The notes under the pieces were generated by a model, which ran no database searches, was not told where the DNA came from, and worked only from the letters and a program-made list of their open reading frames with translations. The translations under genes and the position numbers were made by a program. A stretch of DNA of 64,000 bases from Vermamoeba vermiformis (taxonomy: Eukaryota): assembly GCA_045837725.1 (NCBI GenBank), contig JBEWZL010000098.1, forward strand, positions 1-64,000, given 5' to 3'. How positions within the stretch are numbered: position 1 is the stretch's first letter; each line of letters starts with the position of its first letter. Below are positions 13,262 to 26,838 of the stretch, piece by piece.

Positions 13262-14940
13262 TTATTTTACCTTTTTGTCTTTTAGAACTCTTGAACTCTT
13301 AATAGCTGTAGTTTCAGTCTGTTCGCTCGGCTGTGTGCTCCAGAAGCACAGTCTGCTGTCCTCACCTGCAGTAAGCAGTACGTTGTTCTATATTTAAGTC
13401 GTTAGTGGATGCAGCGAAAAACACAACCTCGATCTTACATTAACGTTCCACAAGAACGATCTGATTGTAGAAACATGTCCGCTAGTATTATCCTCCGTAA
13501 TGGCTACAGGTACGAAGGCATTATCTTTCCAAGCGAACACCATCAAGCGGCCGCTAAAAAGATCTTAAGTACTTGGATGTCGATCCAGAGATAATGTCAA
13601 ATAACTTACTCGTGGTTTCCTGTGACCAAATATAGTTCCTGCGTATTGTGGTTGTATTTGCAGTCGATAATGTATTGAACAGGCACTCCAATCAACTCTG
13701 ACAGTTTGTCGCGCAGATCAAAGCCAAACTCAATAATTTTGTTGTCCTGTATAACCGATCAGTATTACGAAGATATGAAAAATACTATGTAGGTCTCGGG
13801 GCTATTTTAAACCCCAATATATGAAGAGATTCTTACATCACCCAAGTTCCAGAAAGACAACATTTCAGTGCTAGTCACGCCATACAAAAATTCATTTGAA
13901 GGACCAAAGAAACCAATCTTATTGATCGGCTGCTCGACATTGTACACTACAGATATTAAACATTAGAATGCATTGAAGTGAACGCTCTTATCATCATATT
14001 TACCGTTCAGTAGGGCGTCGTCTTCGGAGTACTTTCCGTCGACATATTCAAAGGCACACATTAATCCGTCCATGCCACCAGAATACAATCTGTTGTGTAC
14101 TGTCGGGTGGAATCGGACCTACGCCATAATTGAGCAATGCAAGCAAAGTTAAGTGACCGGACATACCTGCGAGATCTCATTTGTATGCGAGTCTTCATAG
14201 ACTGCCATTTGCTTGTTACCAGTTACATCCCTATAATAATATTGTAAGTGCCGGCGCAAGCACTAGAGTATTAAAAGGACGTACCAGAGCACCATATAAT
14301 CTTCAGAACCCAAGGCCAATACCTTGTCATCGTGGCTCAAGCTGAGACTGTACAACTCTTTCCTCTTTGCTGTAAATTAAAAAATATTAATAATAAAACT
14401 CACGTAGTATAGGATAATATTTTAAGCGTACAAGGAATGTATTGAGCGACTTTTGTGGATGTTCGAAGATCCCAAACAGCAGCCGTTGTGTCAGAAGAGC
14501 ATGTGATAAGAAGATGAGGGCTTGCTGTAGCATATTGAATATCTGTAATTGTTCCTTGATGTCCGGCAAGTTGAGAAGTCAATTTGTAACTGCAAAACGG
14601 ATCCGATCAGATTGCTTTCAGGTTGAAATAGAGAATGCTTCTACTTACGTGGCAACGTCGTATAATTTAACTAAATTATTCGAGGCAGAGCAAGCAACTT
14701 GAGTACCGTCAGCAGAACCTGAACAGAGTTGCGATCAGATTTCGAAAATAAAAAACCAAACAAAATTAGAAAATTGCTTGGACTAATATTATATATTTGC
14801 AAGTTTGTAATTTATTTGTACATACCTCTAATATCAAAAATATACACCTCTTCCGTTGCCAGATCGTTTACGATCGTTTTTGAGTGATAAAACTGTTGTA
14901 ATTGCGGTTGAGGCGCTGTAGGTTCGGTGTTTATTTCCAT
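13262..14940 (-). CDS. WD40-repeat protein, WDR89-like; multi-exon, 3' end approximate
   Basis: GHQGTITDIQY...LITCSSDTTAAVWDLR; YEDSHTNEISQVRFHP; LYSGGMDGL; LLTAGEDSRLCFW. Confidence 0.75.
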
Positions 14941-15081
14941 TACTATACGGTGTATATTTACAATAAATAATATTAACACGGGTGTGCGTGACGTTTGCAC
15001 GATCCAAAAATGAGTTGAAGTGTCGCGTGGCTCAAACTTTTATCGTGTAGCTCCGCCTGTACCACAATAGCACTACTAAAC

Positions 15082-16449
15082 ATGAATATTTTAACTACTG
15101 TACTAGTACGAGCGTCCACGCGCCGTATTGGATCGCGCCATCTATCAGCCACGTGCACACGAATCCTTTCACAACAAACACGGAACTTCACTACTGCAAA
15201 GAAAAAATCAAATAATAATATTAAAATTACTGCTAGTAATAGTGGTCTATTTAAATCAGCCTTTGGTGCCAGTTCAACAACCACAAAACTTTCGAACAAA
15301 TTTGAAATTCGTCAATCAAATAGTAGAAGTGTTTTCATTCAAGTAGAATCTACTCCCAACCCCGAGACATTAAAATTCGTTCCTGGTAAGTTTTAATGAT
15401 TTTTAGGGCGGATGTATTCCGTAATGGCCCGTTGTTGACGTTTGATAACTCACTTAGGCACTGTCGTGCTCGAGAGTGGAACATTTGATTTTCCAACTGC
15501 CAAGGATGCCTCTATTAGTCCATTGGCTAAACTTCTGTTCAAAGAAGAAGGTACGAGTAGATGTCGTTCTAGACCACTGTTAGCGCCATTCTAATCGCCG
15601 AAATACTATGTACAGGTGTCCAACGTGTATTTTTGGGTCCAGATTTTATCTCCGTAACAAAAACAGGCGACATTGAATGGGAATTCTTGAAGCCTGCTGT
15701 CTTCGCAACTTTGATGGAGTTCTTCAACAGCGGAGTAAGCCATAAGAAGTCTTATAATGTTCGATAATACATATTTAACCACCTTATATTACAGGAGAAA
15801 GTAATTGACGCCGACAGCGTTCCAAAAGATACCCAAGTCCGACCCGAGGATGACGAAGTCGTACAAATGATCAAAGAGCTTTTGGATACTAGAATTAGGT
15901 ATGAGCTTATAGAAGGTGCTGTCCATGATCTATAGATCTCATTTATATAATTTAGACCTTCAGTACAAGATGACGGTGGTGACATCCAGTACATGGGTTA
16001 CGTCGAAGGTGTAGTTTTCGTGAAGATGCAAGGTTCGTGCTCTGGATGCCCTAGCTCGAGTGCCACATTAAAGGGAGGTATCGAGAGAATGTTCAAGCAT
16101 TGGATACCCGAGATCCAGGTACGTTTTGGGGAATCTGATTAAAACTTTTCAAAATACGCAATTAACGGTTTTTAAGGGTGTTGTTGCTGTCGACGATGAA
16201 GCAGCTTTTGCTAATATGATCGGTGATAGACTTGAAGGTGCAGATCTCGTAAGTAATCTAAATTTAATCGGCGCCTAGAATGTGAATTGAATTTGAACAA
16301 ATCTTTATTGAATCGATTGAATGACTGAATACTGATTCGGAATATCTCAATAGACTGCCAAGGAGAACTACGAGCGAGGCAAAGCTAGTGCCGCAGCGTT
16401 GAAGAAGACGGAAGAAGGCAAGACCAACTTGGATCCGTCGCCCTCTTAA
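15082..16449 (+). CDS. NFU1: Mitochondrial Fe-S cluster scaffold NFU1 (NifU-like)
   Basis: Arg/Ser-rich presequence; [29 protein letters not shown]...[12 protein letters not shown] (CxxC); spliced to TAA at 16447-16449. Confidence 0.92.
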
Positions 16450-16660
16450 TTTTCTCAATACTTAAATTAATGAGGCTAGCAAATATTTAGTAAAGCAATG
16501 TACATAATAAATCACCTTCTATATGCAGTCAAATCAATCCAATTCTTGTTCGCCGCCCGGCGGGAGTACTTCTCGTGTTCACGAATTGTGCAATTCATTA
16601 TTTTTTTCTCCGCCAAACAAAGTAAGAGCAAGAACCATGCGATATAGTCTATAATACATC

Positions 16661-18001
16661 ATGAGCAAAGTTAGAAGGGACGAACGCATGACTGTAGGTC
16701 AGGTAAGACTGTGGATCTTTGTTGGATCCCTTTTGTATATTCTGCAATAATTTGTAATATTATTTTTTCAATATTTGAGCAGCTTTAATACGCGTATTCT
16801 CAGTAATAGGTCTTCTGGCTTTTCAAAATAATTTTTGCTAAAGATGAGCTCACTTAGTTTTATTAATAGAATGAATTACCTAATTATGCTACTATTCAAT
16901 ATATTTATATTTGTTGTAAAATTGGTACTACGCACTTCGGCGGATGTCCAAGTGTCGTACGCCGTCGCGAGCTGTATCTTTGCTTTGTAGCAAAATGTTG
17001 ACTTCTCACTAACAAAATAATACTCTACTCAGAGCTTTTTGGCTGGTGGCATTGCTGGCGTAGCTTCACGGACAATAACTTCGCCGCTGGATGTCGTCAA
17101 GATCTTGGCGCAAGTCGGAACAAAAGAGACGAAGAACGGCTTTATTAAATCATTCGTAAATATTAATCAACGAGAAGGCACTAAGGCTTTTTGGAAAGGA
17201 AACCTCGTGGCGTGCTACAGACTCTTTCCTTACAACGCGATCCAATTCGCTACTTATTATAGACTGAAGAGCTCATTTGCAGACGCACGAGGCAATATTA
17301 GTTCGTTCAACGCACTGGCAGCGGGTTCCTTAGCAGGAGTATTCGCAACAATAATGACGTACCCGCTCGACATGGTCAAAACACGACTGACGGTGGCGCA
17401 CGCAGATAAGAACATCTCAAAGTACAGCGGCATTAAAGACTGCTTCCTGAAAATATACAAAGAAGAAGGACCCAAAGCATTCTTCAAAGGCATGAACACT
17501 TCCATAATTGGCGTTATTCCTTTCGCTGGTGGCACTTTCATGGCGTACGAGTTCTTGGACAAAGCTTGGGCCAAGCCACGTGACAAGATGACACCGCTGG
17601 AAAACTTCGTTAACGGCTGCTTGGCTGCTGCTTTTGCACAAACGTTTTCATTCCCGTTTGACACAATTAGGAAGAAATTGCAAGCCCAATCAGCTGCTGT
17701 CTTCGAGGACATGAAACCCGACGTAGCATTCAACGGAATGTTGGACGCGTTCAAACAAACCATTAGAAAGCACGGAGTGCTCGGTCTGTGGCGAGGAACT
17801 ACAGCGAACTTGGCTAAAGTAGTCCCGTACGCGGGCATTATGTTCGCTGTCTTCGAGCAGTCCAGAAGAATGTTCATGTGGTGGAACGGATACACTTCTT
17901 CGCCGTTTGTGGACAGACCGATCCCTGGTGTTGATCAGAACATGACTGTAAGCGAATTGAAGCACTGGCAGGAAGAAAAGAGGAGAAGAGAAAGCTCGTA
18001 A
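16661..18001 (+). CDS. Mitochondrial carrier, SLC25A43-like; 2 exons (intron about 16703-17032)
   Basis: Three Px[DE]xx[KR] signatures (PLDVVK, PLDMVK, PFDTIR); N-terminus MSKVRRDERMTVGQ resembles SLC25A43. Confidence 0.88.
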
Positions 18002-18204
18002 GATCCACCTTGTAAATAAAGCAACTTATTTATCAGCAAGCCAATTAGTTCTAGAATGTATCATATGCTCCTCCTTCACGTACGCTGATGAGCACGTGAT
18101 ATTTTTGCATCCCTACCAGGAGCCGGGAGGCACAAAATTCCAGGAATTGCCTATCGGCGACAAGCAGAATTTTGGCCTGTCATTGCTCTTCCAAGGCCAC
18201 CACA

Positions 18205-20209
18205 ATGAACAAAGAAGAAGCGATCGCAGTACATAACGCCATTCACGACGGCGATGCGTCTGTTACTATTCGTGGCAAGAAATACCCGATCACCAGCCGT
18301 GGGGCTTGCCGATCGGTAAGATATCAACCCAAACAATTAAATAATTAATTTTAAATTTAGGCAAATGTACTCGGATATCAATTTATGGAGCAAAATAAAA
18401 CTAAATCATCAAACTACGCAAATTTAGCAAAAAAAGGACATCGATTGACTTGGATCTTAACCCAGCCAAAATGGGGACTCATAGCGTAAGCGATTTTATG
18501 TCAATTGTATTTTATTTTATATTTATTAATTATTTAGCAACGGCAAAATTGAGATCGATTGTCCTGCCATAGTGTCAGATGTAGCCGCTCAACCAACGAG
18601 CAAGAAGAGAAAGGCAGAAGACGATGAAGATGTTATAGAAGTGCAATCGCCTCCAAAGAAACAAAAAATAGAACCAGTGGCACCGAAGTTGCAATTGCCT
18701 GTTGTCAAATCCACTATCGCCTCAGTGCCAGCCAGTCAACCGTCTGCCTCTGGTAGAGAACTGCTGCTATTAGTCGATTATAAAGGGGCGAGGAAGAAAA
18801 TGCAACTTACCGCCTCTAATGTGCAAGACCTAGCTGAGTCAGTGCGGAAAAATCTCAATACGAACAATAACATTCGCATTGAATACGAAGATGAAGACTT
18901 TAGTGAATTCATTGCAGTCGATGACCTCACTACATTACCCGACAAGGTAACTCTACTAAACGAATTCTTGTCGTCCTTCGCGCTTACCTAACGTATCCTC
19001 AATAGGCCAAAGTGCGTGTCGTCGAGATAAATCCGAACAACTCTGCAGAGAATGACGTGCTCCCGTGGACATTCTCTAAAGACTTTCTTGAGTTACCTGG
19101 CTGGCAGGAAAAAGGTAAGAATGTCCCTTTAAACCTTGAATCTTATCTGGCCGTATCTCCGACAAGCCCAACTTCCCTCTTTGGCTACGTTAGTAACTTG
19201 CTATTCTCGTTAGGTTACGCCTCTACGAAGTATAGGTCCTTTAAAATCAAGGAAAATGATTCAATTTACAACCAAAGTGAATTTGACAAGCTCAAGAAAC
19301 TGTTCAATCTCCACTTACACGGAGCCAAGTTCACCATCACTAAGGCCTATGCAGTGCATAACCCATGTAAGCAAACCGCGCTTGAACCACTGCGCATGTA
19401 CTAATCCGTATTGATTAGCACTGGAGCACATGTTCGAGCACTACGGTGACAAGCTGTACAATCAGTGGCGAGTGAATCCGCAACTCTTTCGAAAAGAAGA
19501 CTGGAAGTTGAATAAGAAAGAATGGCGCCAATGGATGCTCAATCACCTTGAGAACTACGAGCAAACATTTCCACACAACACAACGAAGCCCGTGCCTATC
19601 GTGCCAATGATCCACGGTACTTCGGACAAAGCGGTCTGGCAGATCATTCAAACAGGCTTCACAACAGTGTCAACACTCGATGAAGGGTGGTACGGCAAAG
19701 GTAATTTCGCTATTGTGCCTAATATCAAGCTATTAATATTGGGTCATTCGCGTCATCAAAAGTCTTTGTGACACGCGTACTTACACGTCATATTTTCCAA
19801 TAGGAATGTACTTTACGAGCTATTCAGAGTATGCAGCTAACTACTACTGCCGAGCCAATGACGAAGGCGAAAAGATTTTGATAGTCACTTACGTCACACC
19901 GGGCAACGTCTATCCAGTTGTGGAGGATCCAGATAACGAGCAAGAATCGCTGAAAGGAAAGCCATTTAAGAACGGCTACCAGTCACACTACGTACTAGGT
20001 AAGTAGCATATGGAAATAATATAACGAAAGGTAGCAACAAAAATCCTGAACGTTGTGGCTTATTCTGGATTCGATCGCGCTAACCTTTTTCTTTAGTCAA
20101 TAATCAAGGCAAACCATCCACCATAGTGACTGATGGAAAGATTTACGATGAGTTAGTTGTATTTCAAGAAGCTCAAGTGATCCCGAAATACGTTCTCCAC
20201 ATCAAATAA
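18205..20209 (+). CDS. PARP-like ADP-ribosyltransferase with unknown N-terminal domain and PB1/ubiquitin-like domain; multi-exon
   Basis: Spliced reading gives MIHGT...GWYGKG|MYFT..SEYAANY...YDELVVFQEAQVIPKY, an H-Y-E ART fold. Confidence 0.75.
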
Positions 20210-20917
20210 GAAAATTGTCAGAAATAGCCTTGTTTGGCCAAAATAAATGTACATTATTTTTATATGTAAATTAGAGTGCATAACAATGCAATTGATGAAG
20301 GACAAGTTAATCTGGTTAATTTAAAAAAAAAATCGTAATTCGGAATGCACCAAAATAAGCTAAAGAAATGGATATAGTAGCTGCAATATTACAATGGAAT
20401 ATATTATCGTGCACAATTATTTTTACGTCGATTGTAGCAAGCTCAAAATGAGATTCGAAAGTTACCGTTACCACGGCGTATTCGCTTATGAATTTGCTGA
20501 GCAAGATATGCGATGTGGCGCAATATCGACAAGTACCTGTGTTGGTACATTAATGAACTCTATTGGATAAGCGCGAGTTGTACGAAGATCACGCGTGGTT
20601 GGATCGTCCTCGCGATGTGTCGTAAGATGTGGTAAGTACGAACCGAAGTAACGTTGACCTACAATATCGAAATATTGAGAAACCTCGTGGTGTTGCCGTC
20701 TTTAGTAAAACTGAGAAAATTATTCGAAACCACGCGCTGGCATAAAAACTCAATTTTTGATTTTTTTCATTTTCAAACTCGCGAAAAGAAGACACACCAA
20801 ACCTCTTCTTTTTATTTCTTATTTGTTATTTTTTACTTATTTTTTTTACCCTATTCCAAAATAGAGTCTACCAGTCTTACAACTTCCGATTGACTCGGCC
20901 GATCCTGGCAAGCAATC

Positions 20918-23900
20918 ATGTTTTTCGACCAATACATCTACAACGCTTCCACAGCCGAAGTTAGTAACGACACCCACAGCGAAAATTTTATGTTTACACC
21001 CCCTTCAACGCCCTCTATCAATGGCGACAGTTCTAGGTCCCTCCCGGGACAATCTAATATTGGAATATTGAAACTCGCGAATCAACTCAACGCGCGATTT
21101 GCAAAGCCAAACCCAGCTAATTTTGAACTACCCAAACAAGAAAACAGCTTCCTTTCTCAAAATATCAAGCAATCAGATTATTCATCATCGTTCTTGTTCA
21201 AATCTCAACAACCAAATCTATTCCAGCAAGAGAAGAAGGCACTTCTAGAGCTAAAGCCCGTGGCGGGCTTATTTAATAATGACTTAAACGCGAAGATTCA
21301 AGAGAATTTATTGAAAGCAAAATTAAAACGAGCCGCAGAAGAAGAGCTCGAGAATCCAAGCCCCGCCAAGAAGTTCAAGGCAGAAGACAGAACACCTATT
21401 AAGATTAGTATTCAACCCGTTAATTTCTTGCCTCAATCACCCAAGCCTTCACCATTCTCAGTTCCTGCATCTCCTGCACCAATGGAGTTTTCGATCGACG
21501 ATCAAATGAACGTGGAAATCGAAAAGTTGATGCAAGATTCGTCAGTATTCGAGAATGCGCCATCGATCTACGACATTTCTCAAGCCCCCCGCGGGGCACA
21601 ACAACAGCAACAACAGAATATCAATGTCAACAACGGTTTGAATTCCTCTCAAGATCAAGTCGTCAACGATGCGCACATCGAGAAGCTGCTCGAGAGTCTT
21701 AGAAGAGCTAGTGAACAGGTGCTTTTGGAACAAGAGCCCAGTCCCTTGCTTATCACGACGATGAGATCGTATCAAAAACAGGCTCTCGCTTGGATGATCC
21801 ACCGCGAGCAGTCTGAGAACAACTCAATGTTCAATTACGACCCCTCATTGGTAAGAGCACCTAGTTTTCTCACTTTCAATCGAAAACAAGTCTTTACTTA
21901 CATTTTGAATTTTTTCTCAGATCGATGCCGATCAACATCACTGTCGTTCCTTGCCTGTACATTGGAAGGAAATGACGACCAGCCAAGGCAAAAAGTATTA
22001 CTACAACGAGGTCACGAAGCAAACGACGTGGAAGTTCCCTTACGACGCCGTCGCTGCTCAACTGGATGAGAACAACAACCAGGCCAAGGCAGTCGTTCGT
22101 GGTGGTATTCTTGCGGATGAGATGGGCATGGGCAAGACGCTGGAAATGTTATCTCTTGTGGTCTCCAACCCTCTCAACCTGGAAGATATTTCTCAACGAT
22201 CCGGCTCCTACATCCCTTCAAAGACGACACTTATCGTCTGTCCTCTCAGTGTTCTTCATCAATGGTACTCTGAAATCAAGCGACACACGCAAAAAGACTC
22301 CATCTCCGTCTATATTTATCACGGTGCCAACCGCCGTGGTGACCTCAACTATCTTACGCAGTTCGACATTGTTCTCACGACGTACGCAACGCTCGCAACG
22401 GAATTTCCCAGTCAAGGCAAGCAAGCTAAAGGCAAGAAAGCAGATCTCGAAGCTCCTATTCCTCACGAGAAGAAAGGCCCTATTCTTCAAGTTCCCTGGT
22501 ACCGAGTTATTTTGGACGAGGCACAAACGATCAAGGACCGAACGACGCGCACGGCCCGCGCAGCTTTTTGTTTGCAAGCTGAGCGGCACTGGTGCGTTAC
22601 CGGGACTCCTATCCAAAACAAATTGGACGATTTATTCAGCTTGCTGCATTTCTTGCGCGTGCGACCGTATGGAGAACATAATTGGTGGAATCAAATCATC
22701 ATGAAGCCCATTCGCAACAGAGACGAGCGTGGTTTTACTCGTTTGCAAACCATCTTGCAGACCATCATGTTGCGACGGACCAAGGACCAACAAATCAACA
22801 ACCAGCCCATCGTTGCTTTGCCTCCTCGTAATGTCACAATGCACGTTTGTGACTTCAGCGAACAAGAACGTGAATTCTACAAGCAGTTGTGGGATTCATC
22901 GAAGAGCAAATTTGACGAGCTCTTCACCAATGGAACAGTTCTGAACAACTATGCACACATCTTGGAGATTTTGCTTCGCCTTCGTCAAGCTTGTGATCAC
23001 CCGCAGTTGGTTGTCGAGAGTCGTCTTAAGACTAAACGAAGACTCGAACAAGCCTCTGAGGACTCCGAGCTGTCAGCCCCCGTTGAAGCACAACAAGAAT
23101 CGACCGAAGCCGCCGTTGCTCCTGCTCAAGACGCTGCCTTTGAGGACGTGCTCTCTTACTTTGACTTGGATATGCCACTTGGTTTGGAGGAAGAGAACGC
23201 CGTTCTTAACAACGAAAACAACGTGCTCCAGAACGATAACGTCTTGAACCATGATAACGTCCTTAACAACGAACACGTCCTTCAGAATGAATCAAGTATC
23301 ATTCAAGCTGAGGGACGTGGCTCACGGTCGACAAAGATCGAAGCATTGATGTCACAACTGAAGGAACTCTACTACGGCGCCAATGCCCAGCCTGGCGATA
23401 AATGTATCATCTTCTCTCAATGGACGTCTATGTTGGACATGCTGGAAGAGCCTCTTGCCCAACTTGGCCTCAAGTTCTGTAGACTAGACGGTGCCATGGC
23501 CCAACACCAACGAGAACAAGCCGTCAAGGACTTCAACAACAAGCCTGAGATCCAATTGTTCTTGATCTCTATGAAGGCCGGTGGTTTAGGTTTGAATCTT
23601 GTTTCTGCCAACCGCGTCTTCTTGCTTGACCCGTGGTGGAATCCTTCTACCGAGGAACAAGCCATCGATCGTGTCCACCGTATTGGCCAGACAAAGACAG
23701 TCTATGTCACAAGATTCGTAGTGAAGGTAAGTCTCGACACTAGCAAAAAAATAATTATAGTCAACGATGAAATTCGATCCACCGTGCGCGGAGCGATTGG
23801 TCAAAACCTTGCCGCCTGCGCTGATTGGTCAATTTTTTTTGTTTTTCGAAATTCGAAAGAAGTCGTCAAAAAGAAAAACCGAGCCTAACGATCTGTTTAA

Positions 23901-24038
23901 TAGGATACTATTGAAGAAAGAATCTTGGAGTTGCAAGAGAAGAAGAAGATGTTGTCCCAAGGTGCCTTGGGCATGAAGAAGAACGAGCTCAGACAGATCC
24001 GCATCGATGAGCTCAAACTTCTTTTCCGCGACAACTAA
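20918..24038 (+). CDS. SNF2-family RAD5/RAD16-like ATPase with WW domain; 3 exons
   Basis: GGILADEMGMGKT, LDEAQ, TGTPIQN, LRRTK, FSQW, AGGLGLNL, QAIDRVHRIGQ; WW LPVHWKEMTTSQGKKYYYNEVTKQTTWKFP; introns about 21851-21920 and 23727-23903. Confidence 0.92.
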
Positions 24039-24249
24039 GCTGTATTTCAGTTAGCTGATTGGCTTGTGTACAGACCAACCTGCCTACTGTAATATATGTA
24101 CATAGCCACTTTATTATATATACACTATTTGGATCCTCATAGCCATTATACTACGCAGCCGCCGTGTAATTTTTTGTTAATAAACTTTTTATAATCTAAA
24201 AAAACTCTCGCTTCTTTACAATGTAATTACAATCGATTATTAATCTTGC

Positions 24250-26262
24250 TTAATGATGTCCTTCTTTGAGTGGTGTTGGTCGTTTGACCGTAAATGTGAC
24301 GATCATAACTAATATGGACATTGCTGAGAGCCAAGTTGCAGGCAAATAAATAAATCCTTCGCGTAATCTGTTCTGCACCAAGAAGACGTCCAATACTTCA
24401 CCAATAGCAAGCGACAAAACTGCAGCGGTGAGGGAGAAAAGAGTGTACAAAAATCCAATCACTGCCGGCAATTTGTTGTTTTGTGGGTTTTCTTCGTCTT
24501 CAGGGAACGAGTTTTGAATGTAACTGAGAATTGAAATATCGCTCGATGACCAGCCTGCGTTCAAACAAGCAATCGGGGCAATCATCGCAAGTGCGAATGT
24601 CAACGGCGCGTCAGTGTAAATGAACGGGAAGAACCAAAAGATGTTCAAAAAGAGCGCGTAGACGCGAGTCCACCAAAAGAATTCTTTGACGCGAGGGCCA
24701 AGAGTGAAATGGAAAACAGCTCCAATCATTTCACCAACGTTAGCACTTCCCAAGAAGACACCGGGAAGAGAGTAGTCCATTAACACGTCGTTAGCGTAGA
24801 CCGAGAAAAAGACTGACTCGAGCAAGTAGTAAATGATCTGCGGCAACGTGTAGCAAACTACGATCCACCAATAGCCTTTCGTGAAAATGATTTGTGCACC
24901 AGTCTTGATCATCAAGAAGTAATCCTTCGCGCCGTTTCTGAATCCAACCAAGGAGGCAATACAGTTCTCTCTGGCAGTGTAATAAATGACCTTGTTCTTG
25001 TCTAAAAAAGAAGTGTCAGTCCATCGTGTCAAAGTGTCGAAACAAGTGACTCATCGTACTTTTCTTTGGAGGCTCGTGCTTCACTAACAAGATAAAGGTG
25101 ATGCCAATGCCGAGTACTACTGGGATATGAATCATTGCGTAGACATAGCTAAGTGCAGAGACCATAGGCATTGATGTAAAAGCACCGATAGCGCCAAAAA
25201 CTTTAAAACGTTAAAAATCATCGTGAGGCTACTACTTTGACGAATGAGACTTACGACCCCAAGCAATATGGATGGCTGAATTTAACTTTTCTAACTGCTC
25301 CTCGCCGCCTGATACTATGAGAGGTGAAATAACCTTTCGTACGATTATTAGCAAGTTGAAAAAAGATAGCGGATCTGACTCACTCTGCGGGCTAATTCTG
25401 TTGCACCTTCGCATAAACCCATAACAATACCTAAAGGGAACATCCATACAGGATCCCATGATGCCGAGTCTTGAAACGTTCCACCATAAGCAGCTTCAAT
25501 AACAAGAATAATGACCACTAAAAAATATGGGACGTAAGTAACCAAATCAGGATCCCAATCGTTAGGAACTTTGAAAAAGGTGCACATACCGTCTATTGCT
25601 ACTACAAACATGGCTGCAGCTAATACACGATTAGCTCTATATTTCTTAACGAGTTGACCAGCAAAAACAGATCCGAACGATTGGGCAAATCCGTAGGCAA
25701 TCAACAAGATGGATAAATACGTAATCAGGTAAAATCGCTGCAAGAAAAATGTAACGACAGCCACGTGGAGTGTCTCCCAGGTCATTTTAAGTGTTCCTGT
25801 GCCCTACAAGAAAGTCAGATCCAGTAATTCCATTTCAAAAGCCTTAATAAGCATATCGATCGCTTAAGTAGTTTTAGAAATTTGATCTAGTGCGAATTAA
25901 TATTATTTCGATTTTCTGATTTTTTTAGGAGGTCCAGATCTATTTTCAGTTCGAAAATATAAACTGTAATTCCTCTTATCGCCTTTATAATCTATAAATT
26001 TAAACTAAGGAGATCATATTTCGCGATCGCAAGTTAGTGGAATTGGTAGGTAGCTTTTTTTTTTGCGATCCGAGTATTATTTAACGTTAAACAGCAAGAC
26101 TTACGATGATCATAAACCAATAATTCCTCTTTTCATTGGTTTCTTTCATCTCCTTGTAATATTGCTTGATTTCAGCATCTTCGTCTGTCACTAAACTCAT
26201 CGAATCTCGTTGCGACTCGTCCAGCAACGGCGCGGCGAGCGAAGTAGAAGCTGATGGATCCA
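24250..26262 (-). CDS. Multi-pass membrane transporter, MFS-like; multi-exon
   Basis: About 12 hydrophobic segments across exons; GSVFAGQLVKKYRANR resembles MFS motif A; N-terminal PLL sorting-like motif. Confidence 0.6.
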
Positions 26263-26838
26263 TGGTGTATATGAATATGTACACCTAGTATACTATGGAC
26301 TTCTGAAACACGAGGAGACCCGCAAAATCAAGATGAAAGATACACTTGACGTTTGTGACACACTCGAAAATTGCCTGTGAAATTCGTAAAATCGAACGTT
26401 CTAGGCTCTTAAGCACAAAATTATCGTTAATAAAATACAAATATGTTGATAATTGAAGATACTCAACGCTATATCTTGCGCCGGATTACAAAGTACTGTT
26501 GTAATAATTATTAATATTATTAAAATCAAAGGATGTATTGCAATAAATACGCAAAGAATCGCAAAATAAGTGGATAACAGCAAATTAGTTTTGTGAAAAG
26601 ACATCATTCGCGATCCACTAGGAGGATCGACGACGCGGTCAGCCGGCCGGTTGTATGTACTGTACTAGTGCGGGTATCGTCAGTATATTTGTTGCAGTGT
26701 GCGCGTGTTATGGAAATTTGACAGCACTCGCGTGATGTTTGCCGCAGAAAAGATTTTTTCGGTCGTTTTGTCATTTCGTCTTTTCTTTCGGTGGATCTAA
26801 CCACATTTGTAATATATAGCAGTATATTATATTAATCT

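Noticed and set aside
17257-17895. 212-aa minus-strand ORF
   Set aside because: Antisense shadow of the mitochondrial carrier
22066-22704. 212-aa overlapping plus-strand ORF
   Set aside because: Alternative frame inside the SNF2 exon with no independent signals
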